A stretch of DNA of 64,000 bases from an uncultured delta proteobacterium (GTDB lineage: Bacteria > Desulfobacterota > Desulfomonilia > UBA1062). Made by a program: the position numbers and the translations under genes. Location: NCBI GenBank assembly GCA_963752595.1, contig CAVVYZ010000001.1, positions 1 to 64,000 on the forward strand, in the 5' to 3' direction. The number at the start of each line of letters is the position of its first letter. Position 1 is the first letter of the stretch. Under the pieces are notes generated by a model that did not search any database, was not told the origin of the DNA, and saw only the letters and a program-made list of their open reading frames with translations. Shown here piece by piece: positions 21,326 to 32,874 of this stretch.

Positions 21326-23040
21326 ATGGATAGAGATCGATTCTGGAAGAAGTCGTATGATCCCGGGCTGGAGGATATCGACCCTGCCGCATGGGAAACC
21401 ACGTATCCCGAAGTCTGCCGGCAGACATTCAGCGAGCTACACCGACAAGACGGCCCTGGCCTTCATGGGGGTGCACATCACCTTTGCCGAGCTGGACCGC
21501 TATGCAAACAGGTTTGCCCACATGCTCCTGTCCCTCGGGACTGAAAAAGGGCTCGGTGGTGGGGATCAATCTCCCCAATATCCCGGAATATGTGATCGCA
21601 TGGCTGGGCGCCCTGCGGGCGGGATGCGTCGTCTCCGGGGTATCCCCGCTCCTTTCACGCCGAGGAAATGGAGCATCAGCTCAAGGATTCCCAGGCCACG
21701 GGTGCTGGTCACCCTGGATGCCCTGTATGCGGCAAAGCTTGCCCCAGGTCGCCTCCAGCCTCCCGGATCTCAGGGCGGTGGTCGCAGCCAGCGTAGGTGG
21801 TTTCCTCCCCGGTGTAAAGAGGTTTCTCGGGCACGCTGCTGAGAAAGATCCCCAAGGGCAAGGTGACCCCCTGCGAGGGAAAAACGGTTATTTATCTTCA
21901 AGGAAGTCATTAAACCGGGAGGTTCCCCGACCAGGATCCCAAGATCGACCTTACCCCGGATGATATCGCCTATCTCCAGTATACCGGAGGAACAACCGGA
22001 ATGCCCAAAGGCGCTATGCTGAGCCACAGGAACGCCGTGGCCGATCTCCTGATATTCCAGAAATGGCTCGGATGGGAAAAGGGTAAAGGCGTGGGGCTCT
22101 CGGGATTTCCCTTTTTCCACATCGCCGGAATATTCACCAATGCCAACTGCGTGTACCTGGGCTGGCCCCAGGTCCTCATCCCGAATCCCAGGGATACGGA
22201 CCATATCTGTAAGGAGCTGGCCAGGTACAAGCCCAACATAATGGCAAATGTCCCTCCGTTCTATCTGCTCCTGACGGCCAGACCCGAAATTCAAAACCCT
22301 GGACCACTCCAACATGAAGACGTGCGTGTCGGCGGCGGCTCCGTTCCCTGAGGAGGCACAGAAGGAATTCGAAGCGATCGTCGGCGCAGGAAAGATCATG
22401 GAAGGGCTATGGAATGACGGAAACGTCGCCTCTGACCGTCGTTCAATCCCGATCAAGGGCAGAAAGAAAGTCGGCACGATCGGACTGCCGCTTGCTCAAT
22501 ACGGACATCCGGCTCGTCGGACCCGGCTACAGGCAAGGAAGTGGGGCCCGGGCAGCCGGGCGAGATCTGCATAAAAGGACCCCAGGTGATGGTGGGCTAC
22601 TACAATAAGCCGGAAGAGACCAGGCAGGTCATCGATGCGGAGGGATAGCATGCATACCGGGGATGTGGCCATACAGGATGAGGAAGGATACTTAAGGCTC
22701 GTGGACCGCACCAAGGATATGATCAATGTGGGCGGCTTCAAGGTGTTTTCCCGGAAAGTGGAAGAGGTGCTGTGCCGTCACCCGGCCGTCAACATGGCAG
22801 CCACGATCGGCATAGACAATCCGGAACGGCCCGGCTCGGAGGTCGTGAAGGCGTATCTGACCCTCAACCCCGATCATCAGCCGGTGGAGGATATGGAAGC
22901 CGTCAAGAGGGAAATCCTCGATCATGCCAGGGAGAAGCTGACCCCGTATGAAGTCCCCAAGGAGCTGGAGATCCGGACACGAGCTCCCGCTGACCAATGT
23001 CGGCAAGATAGACAAGAAGGTCCTGAGAAAGGAGGGCTGA
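21326..23040 (+). CDS. Long-chain fatty-acid-CoA ligase, FadD-like (multiple frameshifts)
   Basis: [65 protein letters not shown]. Confidence 0.85.
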
Positions 23041-23100
23041 GGACTCGGCATCCACGCCTCCTCACGCTTTCATAACCGGATAGATGCCGGTCTCGCCTCT

Positions 23101-24690
23101 TCAGTCGGGATAGAACCGCTTGACACATTCCGGGCAGAGGCTGTGGGTGAAGACGGCATCGGAGTGCTTGGTGATATAGCTTTCGATCTGATTCCAATAC
23201 CCTGTATCATCCCGGATTTTCTTGCAGCCGGCGCAGATGGGGAGCATGCCGCTCAGGGTCTTGACCTCCGCAAGGGCCTGCTGGAGCTCTCTGACCAGAT
23301 TACCCCTTTCCAGGGCGGCCTTCCTGCGCTCAGTGATGTCTCTCGACACCCCGTGTACCCCGATGATCCTGCCGCTATTGTCGCGAATAGCGGTGCAAAG
23401 GAGTTCCATCCATACCGTTGAACCATCCTTGCGGAAATACTCCAGTTCAAGCCTGATCGTCCTCCCCGGATCGACTCCCTCCTCATGATCTCGCTTGAGC
23501 TCTGCATACAATATATCCATGATATAACCAAGAGATGCGGGGGTCAGGGATTCACTCTGGTATTTCTGCATAAACTCTTCCGGTTCGAATCCGGTTACTT
23601 TTTCAATGGAAGGGCTGATATAGGTAAGGTTAAAATCCAGATCCATTGTCCAGACGACATCGTTTGTCTTCTCGGTCAGGAGGCGGTACTTTGCCTCGCT
23701 CTGGCGTAAGAGCTCTTCCTTCTGCATCCGGCTGTCCTCGTTGCCGATGGCCGAGGCGATAAACCCGAGGACACGCTTATCGTCGTCACTCGGTAAATAA
23801 TCCGTCTTGTATACGACGCAGAGGGCTCCTACAGGCTTGCCCTCACACTTCACCGCCTGGCCGAAGTAGGTCTTCAACCCGTACTGACGCACATGGGGAT
23901 CGGATTCAAAATAGGGAGTCCGGGGCAAATCGGTGACCAGCACCGGTTTGTCATCACTGTGGTGGATCACGTCGCAACAGATGCGCCCTTCGGGTAGACT
24001 TCCTTCAAGGAAATCAGGAGGGATCTGCCACCTGCCTACGGAATAGAGCAAATCTCCTTGCATACGGTTGTACAGAGCGCAGTCGGCACCGAGCATCTCG
24101 CCGCAGATGGCAGTCAGCCGGTTGATATTCGACACGTGATCAGCGCCGAGCTCCAGGAGACAGCCATTGATCTTCTCCAGTCGATCCCTTTGTTCTTTGA
24201 GTTCGGCCTCTGCCCGTTTGTGTTCGGTGATGTCAAGGATGCCTCCCACGAGGCCGGCAACGCGGCCATCGGCATCAACAAACGTCGCCTTGTTGAAAAC
24301 AACATCGTGTATGCTTCCATCGGCGTGGAGGACGGACGCCTCATGCACCTGTGTTTCCGGGTGGCTGAACAATGCCGTGTCTGCCTTGTAATATACTTCC
24401 GCCAGGTCATGGGGGTACGCTTCGTAAACGGTCTTTCTGACAATCTGATCCTTTGTCGAGCCGAGAAATTTCTCAAATGCACGATTGCATCCGCAGTATA
24501 CCCCCCTGATGTCTTTGTAAAACACCGGGATGGGAATAGCATCAAGCAGCTGTTGGAAAAAAATCAGCCTTCTGTTCCGATCTTCTCTCAGTTCTCTCCG
24601 GGATGCTGATTCTTCCATTTCAACAACTCGCCTGCTCTCTTCGTTCAACTCTTCCGAATGCTGCCTCTTAAATCTCTGATCATCTTTCAT
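23101..24690 (-). CDS. PAS-GAF-PAS sensor protein with a Cys/His-rich C-terminal domain
   Basis: LLDAIPIPVFYKD...DITE (PAS). GAF-like YFGQAVKCEGKPVGALCV. Second PAS ending SRDITER. Tail LPICAGCKKIRDDTGYW...HSLCPEC. The start is uncertain (24690 or 24741). Confidence 0.85.
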   Translation of the reverse strand: MKDDQRFKRQHSEELNEESRRVVEMEESASRRELREDRNRRLIFFQQLLDAIPIPVFYKDIRGVYCGCNRAFEKFLGSTKDQIVRKTVYEAYPHDLAEVYYKADTALFSHPETQVHEASVLHADGSIHDVVFNKATFVDADGRVAGLVGGILDITEHKRAEAELKEQRDRLEKINGCLLELGADHVSNINRLTAICGEMLGADCALYNRMQGDLLYSVGRWQIPPDFLEGSLPEGRICCDVIHHSDDKPVLVTDLPRTPYFESDPHVRQYGLKTYFGQAVKCEGKPVGALCVVYKTDYLPSDDDKRVLGFIASAIGNEDSRMQKEELLRQSEAKYRLLTEKTNDVVWTMDLDFNLTYISPSIEKVTGFEPEEFMQKYQSESLTPASLGYIMDILYAELKRDHEEGVDPGRTIRLELEYFRKDGSTVWMELLCTAIRDNSGRIIGVHGVSRDITERRKAALERGNLVRELQQALAEVKTLSGMLPICAGCKKIRDDTGYWNQIESYITKHSDAVFTHSLCPECVKRFYPD

Positions 24691-25170
24691 GCCGGCTACC
24701 TCAACCATACAAGCCATGTATCGCTGAGAAATGCATTCCATGATATTTCCAATTCTTAATAATAATGCTCACCTATTAAAATGATAGTACCTGGATAAAA
24801 AATGATTCCTTTTTCCCCGTTACGACCTCCTGTCGATAATATCGGGTGCAAGGGAGAATTCAGCCCTTGAGCGGATGGCATTCTCCCGGTCAGCGAAAAA
24901 TACCTGCGTGCGGATAATCGATGATAGTCCAAGGTTACCCCCCGACTTGCACCGCATCCTGCAGCATGGAAGAGCTTCCTGGACATTATCCGTGATGTTG
25001 CCGCCATCGACCGTTACCATTGCGGGGTGATCTACCGCGTGCTATGCCGGCGGGAGAACGCAGGCGCAAGATAATGCCGTCCACCCCCGAATTCGACGGC
25101 AGCCTTATGCACACACAGGGGAGATGCGTCGGCAGTGTCAGACTCTCCTTCCTCTGACAGAAAGGACGAT

Positions 25171-25953
25171 ATGGGCACGACGATTTTTTACTACACCGGA
25201 ACAGGCAACTCGTTGTGGGTGGCGCGTAAGCTTAGCGATAAGCTGGGCGGCACCGAGCCGGTTTCGATTTCAACGCTCAAGGATGAAACGAAGGCCGTTG
25301 ATGCGGATGCCGTCGGTCTTGTATTCCCTGTGTACATCTGGGGCGTTCCTGCCCCGGTCATCCGGTGTATCGACAAACTGGACCTGCCCAAGACCGGATA
25401 TGTATTTTCAATCGCCGTGAATGCCGGCCAGGTCTCCAACACCCTGGTGCAGCTGAAAAAGATCCTGGCGCAGAAAGGCATTGATCTCTCGACAGGCTTC
25501 GAAGTGAAGATGCCGTCGAACTACATCCCCTGGGGAGGCCCGGGGGCTAAGGAAAAGCAGCACAAGCTTTTCGAGCTTGCAGAGCGGAAGATAACCGGCA
25601 TCGCCGCTGCAATAAAAGGAAAGCAGCATCTCCCTGTTGAAAAGGGGCCGCTCTGGCAGAGGATTTTTTTTACCGCCTTCTACAAAATGACCTTCAATCA
25701 GGTGCCCAAGATGGACGGCAAGTTCCGGGTCGATGACAAGTGCAACGAGTGCGGGATCTGCGGCAAGGTATGCCCTGCAGCCAATATCACCATGCGAGAA
25801 GGCAGGCCTTTCTGGAACCACAGGTGCGACCAGTGCTTCTCCTGCCTGCAGTGGTGCCCGCAGGAGGCGATACAGTACGGAAAGAAGACACCGGCATACG
25901 AGAGGTACCACCATCCGGAGGTTCGGCTTAAAGACATACTGAAGACGAAATGA
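25171..25953 (+). CDS. EFR1-type flavodoxin-ferredoxin fusion
   Basis: FYYTGTGNS, FPVYIWG, MPSNY, and two 4Fe-4S motifs CNECGICGKVCP and CDQCFSCLQWCP. Confidence 0.9.
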   Translation: MGTTIFYYTGTGNSLWVARKLSDKLGGTEPVSISTLKDETKAVDADAVGLVFPVYIWGVPAPVIRCIDKLDLPKTGYVFSIAVNAGQVSNTLVQLKKILAQKGIDLSTGFEVKMPSNYIPWGGPGAKEKQHKLFELAERKITGIAAAIKGKQHLPVEKGPLWQRIFFTAFYKMTFNQVPKMDGKFRVDDKCNECGICGKVCPAANITMREGRPFWNHRCDQCFSCLQWCPQEAIQYGKKTPAYERYHHPEVRLKDILKTK

Positions 25954-26006
25954 TTATCGAGGCAGGTAAAAGGGAGGAATGCATGGGTATTTTCCCCCCC
26001 CCTCTA

Positions 26007-28903
26007 TCACATCTCGATCGCCCGCCTCACGACTGCTTTCAGTTCGCCGGTGCTGGACGGCTTATGAAGCAGCTCTTTTATTCCCAATGATTTCGTTTCA
26101 TTTTCGTTGATGACATCACTGAAGCCCGTACTGAGTATTATGGGGATGTCGGGACGGATATTCAGGAGGCTTCTTGCGAGCTCTACGCCTGTCATCTTCG
26201 GCATGGTCAGATCGGTAATGACCAGCTGGAATTCTTCGGGATGTTTACGAAAAAGATCGAGAGCTTCCATGCCATTTTTCACCGCAGACACATGGTAGCC
26301 CAGGTGCTGCAATACACGCTGCAGGCTGGAAAGGATCATTCCCTCGTCATCTACCAGGAGAATCCTTCCCATACCTTCCTTCGACACATCCCTGCGGGAT
26401 TGACGTGACTGTTCACCGGATTTCTCTTCAAAGAGAGGAATATGCACGGTAAACTTCGATCCCTTCCCAGGCTCGCTCTCGACCGAGATAGTTCCGCCAA
26501 GGCTTTTGAGGATGCCATGGGCAAACGGCAACCCCATTCCAGTGCCCTTTCCGACCTCCTTTGTGGTAAAGAACGGCTCGAAAATCTGCTCCCTTACTTC
26601 CTCAGACATTCCACAACCCGTATCGCGTACGGTGAGCTCGAGGTATTCTCCTTCTTTTGTCTCCTGACTTGATGCAAGGTGCACTTCGGAAAGACCGACT
26701 TCGATGGTCCCTTGCAGTGATTCCAATGCATCTGCAGCATTCCTGATGAGGTTCATGATTATCTGGTGAATCTGTGTGGGATCGCCCATCACCACATCCA
26801 AATGAACATCGATATGCTGCTTTATCTCGATAGTGCTCGGAAGAGAGGATCTGGCGAACTTGAGGGCCTCCTGCAGGAGGGGCGTAACCTTAACGGGCAT
26901 GAGCTTCTGCTCGCTTCGCCTGCTGAAAGAGAGAATCTGTTTCACCAGGTCTCTTTGCCGGTAGGCAGCTTCGATCACCTCCTGCAGCATCTGATGCTGA
27001 TCGGTGTCTGCCTGCGACTCTCCCAGAAGGATCTCGGTATTGACCACTATCGGATACAGGATGTTATTCAGGTCGTGGGCTATCCCCCCGGCAAATCTTC
27101 CAATCGCCTCCAATCTCTGGGTTTGCATGAGCTGATCCTCGAGCCTTTTCTTTTCTTCCTCCGCTTTCTTGCGCTCGGTGATGTCAAATCAGGAAGTTCA
27201 ATGTTGCAGGCCTGTCATTCCATGAAACCCGGATTGCAATGATTTCAACCCACTTCACATTATCCGTCCTTATCCACGATCCTAACGTCATACGTCGCAG
27301 GCATGATCCTCGCCCTTCGTCCGTTTCTGGAGACTGGCAACCACCATAACCCTGAAACTTCATGGTTCATGTATCGGTCTTGCAAAAGGATACGAGATCA
27401 GCTCTTCTTCCGGATAACGAAGCAGCTCTACGGTCCTGGAATCGATGAACCGGATAATTCCATCCTGAGCCACGATAATGGCCTCATATGCGTTATTCCA
27501 CTACTGTCCGGTATTTCTCCTCCGAAGCGGCAAGGGCCTCTTCAGCCTTTTTGCGTTCGAATATCTGCTGCTCGAGCTGCGTGTTCCTCGCCTCGACCTC
27601 GGCTGTCCTTTCCTTTACGAGCTCTTCCAGGTGGCTGCGATATCTGACCAGTTCCTCTTCTGACTGCTTGCGCCCGGTGGTGTCCAGACAGATTCCCGTC
27701 ATCCGTAAGGGGCGACCCTGATCATCGTATAATCCCCTTCCCATGGCGCTGATCCATCGGATCTGGCCATCAGGGTGAATGACCCTGAATTCATTAACCA
27801 TCAGGGAATGTTCCTTCAATGCCTTGTCTATCCGCGAGACAGTACTCTTGCGATCATCAGGATGCAGGACGGCTTCCCATGTCTCGAATGATGCGTTGTC
27901 TTTCTGAGGGTCAAGCCCGAAAAGATGAAACATTTCAGGATCCCACTCGAGCCTTCCCGGTTGTGATATCCCAGTCCCACACCCCCTCGCCGGCCGCAAG
28001 CTGCGCCATCTGCAGGCGCTCATTCGCCACGCGCGTTGCTTGTTCAGCCTGTTTCCGCTTGGTGATGTCGATGCCGAACGATACCGTCCCAACGACCCGG
28101 CCGTGTTCGCTCACTTCATTGTTCTGCCAGATAATATAGCGTTCTTCGCCTGTTTTGGTCAGGATGGGATTCTCATAATTCTTGGGCATCTCTCCCGACG
28201 CTAACCGATCGAATTCAGACCAGACCTGAGGGTAACGGTCCCTTGGCACGATGAGCTCGAACCAGTTGCGATTTTTCACCTCATCCCTAGTATACCCCGT
28301 AATCTCTTCAGCTGCCTTATTGAAAACCCTTACATTCCCTTTCAGGTCCAACCCCACAACCATTGCATTGGCAGTCTCGATCAGGCTTTCCGCATAGTCC
28401 CTGGCCTCTTGCAGGGATGTTCCGGCTTGCTTACGCCCGGTTATTACTTCCGTAAACATGATGAGCCCGCCGATCTCTCCGGTTTGTTCGTACCATGGAA
28501 TCGCTTCCCAGCGTACCCAGTCGAGGCTGCCATCCAATCGGGGGAAAGGATCTTCGTCGCATCTCTCGGGTTCTCCGGCCAGAACGCGTTGGTGGATCTT
28601 TTTCCACTTCTCCGGAATCTCCGGGAATACCTCGTAATGGGTCTTACCGATGATGTCCTGATCACCCAGACCGTAATCGGAGAGCCATCGGCGGCTGACG
28701 GCAATGTACCTCATATGGTAATCAAACATCGCGATGGCTGCCGGTGCATGCTCGATACACATTCTCAATTGTTCATTACTTTTCTGCAGAGCCTCCTCCG
28801 TCCGCTTGCGTTCGGATTCCAACTCTTTCGATCGGGCGATGATCCGGCGTGCTTCTGCCAGCTCTTCCATGAGCTGCTTTTTCGTCTTATGGGTCTCGCT
28901 CAT
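26007..28903 (-). CDS. Multi-PAS hybrid histidine kinase with receiver domain (frameshifted; possibly a pseudogene)
   Basis: Four PAS/PAC repeats; the fourth (about 27130-27490) is readable only across several indels. H-box GIAHDLNN, NLIRNA, DTGCGM, FEPFFTTK, GTGMGL. Receiver ILLVDDE...ITDLTMP. Confidence 0.85.
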
Positions 28904-29299
28904 TCCGGTTCTCTCCAGGTCGAAGAGGTTGCATCGACTCTTCCGTATGCCACTTCTCCTGTTCAGGCCAGGATAGCCTCATTGCATGACCTAAAAAGGT
29001 AACGCCTTGATCACAACGGATGGGAGTTTATTTCAGCTGCCGGTAGTGGAACATGTATTCTCTGCATACTTATATAGACATATTATAAGAATCGACGATT
29101 CTATAAAGTAAGAACATCCGTTATATGAAGAATTCTATAGAAACTATCGGTCCGGAGCAAGACAGATTTATTAAATACGCATATGCTGATGTAATCATCT
29201 CGTTGAGCTCAAGGCTTCCAGAGATTAATTTCCGGGTCGGCTGACCCCTAACATAATGATACTGATTGACTTTCATTGGGCATGCTGGTTATGCATTTG

Positions 29300-29319
29300 T
29301 TTTAAACATTTGTTTGAAA
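29300..29319. promoter_or_regulatory. Probable TetR operator
   Basis: TTTTAAACA-TT-TGTTTGAAA imperfect palindrome just upstream of the tetR start. TTGACT at 29266. Confidence 0.5.
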
Positions 29320-30081
29320 TGAGGTTTTCAGTGTCACAGGATGCGGCATTACTTACGGATGCCCGAACCCTGATCCTTGAGGCTGCAGGGGAAATCTTTG
29401 CAGAAGACGGATTTGCCGGGGCCACCATCAGAAAGATATGCTCCCGGGCCGGCGTCAATATAGCCCTGGTGAGCTACCACTTCGGCGACAAGGAGGGGCT
29501 GTATCTTGCCGTCATGAAATATTACCGTGCAAAGGCCTTAGAAGAGTATCCCCCTGATCTCGGCATAGACGGGTCGTCTTCAGCAGAACAGAGGCTCCAT
29601 GCTTTTATCCGTTCTCTGATGTTCCGTCTGCTCGGCGAGGCCCGGACATCCTGCTTCTGGAAGCTCTTTGCACGGGAGTTCATCGAGCCGACAAATGCCT
29701 TTGCCGTCATGGTGGAGGAAACCATCCGGCCGTCATACCACCACCTCATGAATCTGGTCAGGGAGTTCGCGGGCGCAGATAAAGACGAGCTGATCTTCAG
29801 GCTCTGCACGGCGAGCATCGTAGGCCAGTGTCTCTATCTACCGCAATTCCCGCGAGGTGATCAGCAGGATCGCCGGGAAAGATCATTTCAGTGCTGAAGA
29901 AATCGAGGTTATAACAGATCACATCTTTCATTTTTCCCTGGCTGCCGTGAAGGCGTGCTACGGAGAAGGAAACAGCACGGCATCGAACGGCAGCTTGCAA
30001 GGGGATTCCAATAGTCTTGAGCGTCAGAAGACTCATTCAGGAGGAGCGCATGGAAGGAAAAGGGCAGGAAAGCCCGGCTAA
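29319..30081 (+). CDS. TetR regulator with a CerR/YbiH-like C-terminus (one frameshift near 29840; ends approximate)
   Basis: ILEAAGEIFAEDGFAGATIRKICSRAGVNIALVSYHFGDKEGLY, SIVGQCL, and a continuation in another frame (ITDHIFHFSLAAV). Confidence 0.8.
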
Positions 30082-31147
30082 ATCAGGCAAATCTCATGTA
30101 TTTCTGGTGTTCGGAGTGATTACGCTCATCGTCATTGCCGGGGTGTTTTTCTATGTCAGGCACATACGATTCAATATCTCCACCGATGACGCCTATGTGA
30201 CCGGAAGGATCCATTCCATAGCGCCGAAGGTCGCGGGAACGATAAAGGCCGTATATGTGGAGGATAACCAGCTGGTGAAGAAAGGTGCCCTCCTCCTGGA
30301 GATCGACAGCAGGGATTATGATGTCAAGGTCGGCGATGCCATGGCAACCCAGGATTCAGAGCAGTCGAAGAAGGCCGAGCTGGCCGTGCGGGTAGACGTG
30401 GCCGAAAAGCAGCTTGCCGAGATACAATCGAAGATCGATACGGCCCGGGCAGCCCTTGCTCTGCAGGAGGCCACACTGAAGCAGGCAAGCCAGGATCTTG
30501 CCAGGGCGGGTAAGCTCTACGACAAAGGGATCTTTGCCGAGGCGACGCTCGAGAAGGCGACAACGGCTTATGATGTTGCAACAGCCCAGGTCAATGCCGC
30601 CCGCGAGCAGGTCAACCAGGCCCTGGCATCCTTCGAAACCCAGAAGCTCGTGATCGAGCAGTCGAGGACAGCGCTGAAGTCTCAAGGGTATGTCGTGGAG
30701 CAGAAAAAGCAGGTGCTTGCATCCGCGAGCCTCATGCAGGGTTATACAAAGATCTACGCACCGGCGGACGGGTACGTCACCAAGAAGAGTGCGGAAGTCG
30801 GAAACCAGGTGGGCGCAGGCCAGCCGCTCATGGCAATCGTCCCCTTGAACGATGTATGGATCGTTGCCAACTACAAGGAGACGCAGCTCACCAACGTGAA
30901 GCCGGGGCAGGGGGTTCGGATCAAGGTGGATATGTACCCCGGCAAGACCTTCTCGGGCAAGGTCGACAGCATCATGGCCGGGACCGGGAGCGTCTTTTCC
31001 CTGTTCCCGCCCGAGAATGCCACGGGCAACTATGTCAAGGTCGTGCAGCGCATCCCCTTAAAGATCTTACTGGAAAAAGGCGCCGACCCGGAGCACGTCC
31101 TGCGTATGGGCATGTCGGTCAGGCCCACCATCGCGGTACGAAAGTAA
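30050..31147 (+). CDS. EmrA/HlyD family efflux adaptor
   Basis: One TM helix, STDDAYV, VEDNQLVKKG, ANYKETQL, FSLFPPENATGNYVKVVQRIP. Confidence 0.92.
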   Translation: MEGKGQESPAKSGKSHVFLVFGVITLIVIAGVFFYVRHIRFNISTDDAYVTGRIHSIAPKVAGTIKAVYVEDNQLVKKGALLLEIDSRDYDVKVGDAMATQDSEQSKKAELAVRVDVAEKQLAEIQSKIDTARAALALQEATLKQASQDLARAGKLYDKGIFAEATLEKATTAYDVATAQVNAAREQVNQALASFETQKLVIEQSRTALKSQGYVVEQKKQVLASASLMQGYTKIYAPADGYVTKKSAEVGNQVGAGQPLMAIVPLNDVWIVANYKETQLTNVKPGQGVRIKVDMYPGKTFSGKVDSIMAGTGSVFSLFPPENATGNYVKVVQRIPLKILLEKGADPEHVLRMGMSVRPTIAVRK

Positions 31148-31163
31148 GCTCCGGAGACGACAC

Positions 31164-32726
31164 GTGACGATGCAGTCATCGCCGGCCCCGGCGAACAAAT
31201 GGCTCGTGGCCTCCACCGTGATGCTCCCCATGTTCATGGTGGTGCTGGACACCTCGGTGGTCAATGTCGCGCTCGACCATATCCGGGGGAGTCTTTCCGC
31301 GGGCATCGACGAGGCGACCTGGTCCATCACGGCGTATCTCGCTGCAAATGCGGTCATCATCCCCATGACCGGATGGATCAGCAGGCTCGTCGGCCGGAAG
31401 CGTTATCTGCTCTTTTCGATCGTGATGTTCACCGTGAGCTCTTTTCTGTGCGGTGCTGCATGGAACATCGAGAGCCTCATCATCTTCAGGATTCTGCAGG
31501 GCCTCACCGGCGGATCGATGCCGCCCCTTTCCCAGGCCATCCTGCTCGAGTCTTTTCCGCCAAGCCAGTACGGAATGGCCATGGCCATCTTCGGACTTGG
31601 CGTGAGCTTCGGGCCCATCATCGGACCGGTCCTCGGCGGGTGGATCACCGATGTCCTCACCTGGAACTGGGTATTCTTCATCAATATCCCCATCGGCATC
31701 GTCTCGGTCATCATGGCGATCTTCGTCATCGCCGATCCTCACTACGTGAAAGGGATGAAGATGAAGATCGACTACCTGGGCCTTGTTCTGCTCGCGGCAG
31801 GGGTAGGGTGCCTCCAGCTCCTCCTGGACCGGGGGCAGAGAAACGACTGGTTCAATTCCAACCTCATGATCGTCCTGGCACTGACCGCGGTGTTTTCTCT
31901 CGTTCTGTTCGTCCTGAGGGAGATCAGGGCAGAGAGTCCCATCGTAGACTTAAGGGCGTTCAAGAGCTACTCCTTCTGCCTGGGCAACATAGCCATGTTC
32001 GTCTTCATGGCGAACCTTTTCGGAACCCTTGTCCTGCTGCCCATCTTTCTCCAGACACTCATGGGCTATACCGCCATGCTCGCGGGCCTCGCGCTTGCCC
32101 CGGGGGGAGTGGCAAACCTGCTGATCATGCCCATCGTCGGCAGGTTCCTCCACAGGTTCAACCCAAAGACCTTTGTCCTGGTCGGCATACTCTTCACCGC
32201 ATACTCCACATTCCTCATGTCGGGATTCTCTCTGGGCGTGGATTTCGATACGGTTCTCTGGCCCAGGATCTTCATGGGCATCGGGATGGGCATGCTCTTC
32301 ATCCCGCTCACCACGCTGACGATAGCAGGCATCAGGAAGGAAGACATGGGCAATGCGACTGCCTTGTATAATCTGATACGAAACATCGGGGGCAGCATCG
32401 GGATCGCCATTATCACGACCATGGTAAGCCGCAGGGCCCAGTTCCACCAGTCACGCCTGGTAGACCATCTGACCCCGTATGACCCGGTGTATTTTCTCCG
32501 TACCCAGCAGGCAACGGACCTCCTTCAGCAGAAGGGGATCGACCCGTCCATGGCAAAGCACGGAGGGCTCGGCGTCATATACGAAAACACAGTCAGGCAG
32601 GCCTCCATGCTCTCGTTTGCGGATGTATTCTTTATCCTAACCCTGATGATGCTTGCCCTCATTCCCCTGGTGCTCTTCATGAAAAATACCGGGCCCGCAC
32701 AGGAGCCGGCACCCGTAGCAGAGTAG
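31164..32726 (+). CDS. EmrB/QacA DHA2 MFS efflux permease
   Basis: FMVVLDTSVVNVAL, WSITAYL, FRILQG, GPVLGGWIT..WNWVFFINIPIG, about 14 TM segments. Confidence 0.93.
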   Translation: MTMQSSPAPANKWLVASTVMLPMFMVVLDTSVVNVALDHIRGSLSAGIDEATWSITAYLAANAVIIPMTGWISRLVGRKRYLLFSIVMFTVSSFLCGAAWNIESLIIFRILQGLTGGSMPPLSQAILLESFPPSQYGMAMAIFGLGVSFGPIIGPVLGGWITDVLTWNWVFFINIPIGIVSVIMAIFVIADPHYVKGMKMKIDYLGLVLLAAGVGCLQLLLDRGQRNDWFNSNLMIVLALTAVFSLVLFVLREIRAESPIVDLRAFKSYSFCLGNIAMFVFMANLFGTLVLLPIFLQTLMGYTAMLAGLALAPGGVANLLIMPIVGRFLHRFNPKTFVLVGILFTAYSTFLMSGFSLGVDFDTVLWPRIFMGIGMGMLFIPLTTLTIAGIRKEDMGNATALYNLIRNIGGSIGIAIITTMVSRRAQFHQSRLVDHLTPYDPVYFLRTQQATDLLQQKGIDPSMAKHGGLGVIYENTVRQASMLSFADVFFILTLMMLALIPLVLFMKNTGPAQEPAPVAE

Positions 32727-32813
32727 CCTTTCCCTCCCATTAACAGATCTGTCCTGTTTCCTGCTCAGGTATTGGACCAGATGTTCGGAATTCCCCGGAC
32801 CGTTAGACATAAG

Positions 32814-32854
32814 TCCCCTCGCCCCTTGCGGGAGAGGGACAGGGAGAGGGGGTA
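32814..32854. repeat. REP-like CCCCTC/GAGGG palindrome
   Basis: TCCCCTCGCCCCTTGCGGGAGAGGGACAGGGAGAGGGGGTA. Shares its terminal 12-mer with 6609-6620. Confidence 0.65.
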
Positions 32855-32874
32855 TGCTCGCCCGGAATTGCCCA

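Noticed and set aside
24820-25020. Short ORF beginning MVTVDGGNI, reminiscent of an SDR C-terminus
   Set aside because: The match is only a few residues and there is no upstream SDR sequence.
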